The position numbers were made by a program, and so were the translations under genes. Under the pieces are notes generated by a model. That model did no database searches, had not been told where the DNA came from, and worked only from the letters and a program-made list of their open reading frames with translations. Of a stretch of 37,876 nucleotides of DNA, positions 36,215-37,876 are shown piece by piece; position 1 is the stretch's first letter; every line of letters begins with the position of its first letter. This stretch comes from Candidatus Iainarchaeum sp. (lineage in GTDB: Archaea; Iainarchaeota; Iainarchaeia; Iainarchaeales; JAGVWC01). The stretch lies in the NCBI GenBank assembly GCA_018304465.1, contig JAGVWC010000005.1, positions 1 to 37,876 on the forward strand, in the 5' to 3' direction.

Positions 36215-37876
36215 ATGCGTTTATTTGTTTTATTGGGGCTACTGGTCGTTCTTTCAAATGTTTTTGCCGCGAATTCGTGCGGTGATACCAACAACGTGTG
36301 CACGTTTGATTCGAATATTTCTGTGGATCAAAACTGGGTTGATGGGAATACGTATGTGATTTTGGCGGATGTGAATGTTACTGGAGCGGGAACGGATTTG
36401 AATATTGCTCCTGGAACCGTGGTCAAATATGGGGTGGGGCGAAGTCTGATTGCGCGGGATGGCGGACGTATCCTGGCCAATGGAACCGTTGATAAAAACA
36501 TTATTTTTACGAGTTGTCGCGATCAAAATTCATACGCGGGTTCTGCGAATGTAAACACTGCGACGGTTTCGGGTTGTTCGGGTGCGCCAGATTCGAGTGA
36601 TTATAATACTGCGATTTGGGTTCGGTCTAATGCGGGTTATTCGAAAAGTGATTCGTTTTCGTTTCTCAAAGTGTTTGATGAAAATACGGGTATTCGGTTG
36701 GATCAAAATTTGGGTAGTGTGCATGATTCGAATTTTATGGTTATTGGGCAAAGCGGGATATTAGTAAGCCTTTCAAGCGACGTCAACTTGTTCAATAATT
36801 CGTTTCAAAATATCAGTGGTCCTGGTGGAGCCAATGGAATATTGATCTTGGCTTCGTTCTCTGGAGAAATCCATGACAGTCGTTTTGCGGGAATCGTTAA
36901 TCCTTCCAACGGGATTCAGATTAACGTGTCCCCCGCGGTCGGAGGTCAAATCTTTTTCAATCAGTTTTTTGATTTCAACGGAACGGCCATTTTGTTTACG
37001 GCCGGAAACGGAAGGTATATACAAGACAACAATTTTTGGCATGTGTTACCCAACGGAACCGCGATCCGAACCGTTGGAGCGGCAGGAGCTGTTTCAAATA
37101 ATCGTTTTTGGGATTTTAATACGGCTACCGCTATTTCGCTTGGTGGAAGCAGCTCCGGCGGCATCGCCTACAATCGGTTCTCAGATTTTAAAGCCGCTTC
37201 AACCGCCATTCTCCACAACGGGGCAGTGACCACCGGAGACTTTTCATGGAATCTATACCATGACTTTAACAACTCGATTGGAATCAACAACACAGGAACG
37301 ACACTATTCTACCTCGCTATTGGCGTCACATTCGCATCCTTTCACTCGACTTCCATCGCAATCAAAAACACTTCAGGCACTTTGATGGACTTCTCGTATC
37401 ACACGTTATTTGCCAATATTAACACCGCGTATAACGGCACAATTAGTCAAACCCCAGCCTATCCAAACGCGTATTACAATGTAACCACTCCCGGAGCAAC
37501 CCCTGCGTTTCATGCCAAAGACATCAATGCCCAAACCGGATTCACTACGGATCCGTTTATCGCAGATAATTCTGATCGAAACTTCCTGCTTAATACGAAT
37601 CCAACGGGTGGTGCCAAACTCGTCGATGCCGGAACCATTGCCATTCCCGGAGGCTGCTTAACCCGAACAACCCAGCTCAACAACAAACTCGACTGCAACA
37701 TTTATGACATTGGATACTCCTACGATCAAAACGGTCCATACGTGCAAGTGCTTTCTCCGAACGATTTTAACACGCTCACTGGGGTCCAGACTATCGATTT
37801 CAATGTTGAATCGGCTTATGATTCTGTTAGTGTGATTACGGCGGCTTTGGCTTATTCATTGATTGGAAGTGGAAAC
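36215..37876 (+). CDS. Paralog of the giant beta-helix surface protein (5' part, runs off the window; not in ORF track)
   Basis: Hand translation is open for 554 codons: MRLFVLLGLLVVLSNVFAANSCGDTNNVC...FTSCRDQ...DRNFLLN...DIGYSYDQNGPYV, colinear with the 2465-aa protein. Confidence 0.92.
   Translation, partial: MRLFVLLGLLVVLSNVFAANSCGDTNNVCTFDSNISVDQNWVDGNTYVILADVNVTGAGTDLNIAPGTVVKYGVGRSLIARDGGRILANGTVDKNIIFTSCRDQNSYAGSANVNTATVSGCSGAPDSSDYNTAIWVRSNAGYSKSDSFSFLKVFDENTGIRLDQNLGSVHDSNFMVIGQSGILVSLSSDVNLFNNSFQNISGPGGANGILILASFSGEIHDSRFAGIVNPSNGIQINVSPAVGGQIFFNQFFDFNGTAILFTAGNGRYIQDNNFWHVLPNGTAIRTVGAAGAVSNNRFWDFNTATAISLGGSSSGGIAYNRFSDFKAASTAILHNGAVTTGDFSWNLYHDFNNSIGINNTGTTLFYLAIGVTFASFHSTSIAIKNTSGTLMDFSYHTLFANINTAYNGTISQTPAYPNAYYNVTTPGATPAFHAKDINAQTGFTTDPFIADNSDRNFLLNTNPTGGAKLVDAGTIAIPGGCLTRTTQLNNKLDCNIYDIGYSYDQNGPYVQVLSPNDFNTLTGVQTIDFNVESAYDSVSVITAALAYSLIGSGN

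Noticed and set aside
1-37876. CRISPR array, IS/transposase, integrase, reverse transcriptase/DGR
   Set aside because: No regularly spaced direct repeats, no recognisable motifs and no near-identical TR/VR pair seen by eye; the repeats present are protein-level and degenerate in DNA

Overview
Archaeal chromosomal window, most consistent with a DPANN-type lineage (possibly Iainarchaeota/Diapherotrites; inferred from archaeal FEN1, FtsZ2, A1-U72 tRNA-Gln, GGTGA-type SD sites, short AlaRS and hybrid LeuRS). Housekeeping genes: tRNA-Gln(TTG), tRNA-Ile(GAT), NUDIX hydrolase, PGI/PMI, leuS, alaS, ftsZ, M50 protease and fen. They are interspersed with many surface proteins (Ig/MG2-like, Cys-rich CGNGxC repeats, beta-helix, FG-GAP-like propeller, a 2465-aa giant and a paralog of it cut off by the window end). 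Main observations: (1) two parallel operons, each with two single-pass surface proteins that share a SHOCT-like cytoplasmic tail, followed by a KaiC-like ATPase; (2) strong enrichment of D-x-N in extracellular domains, a candidate non-canonical glycosylation sequon; (3) a cluster of tiny genes, mostly absent from the ORF track (AbrB-like regulator and small membrane peptides), beside the tRNA-Gln 3' end that resembles the edge of a provirus; (4) broken surface-domain relics and compositional mosaics suggesting module shuffling; (5) Arg/Lys-leader proteins carrying NDK-like, PTS-IIB-like and kinase-like domains. All calls are from reading the sequence by eye; no searches were run.
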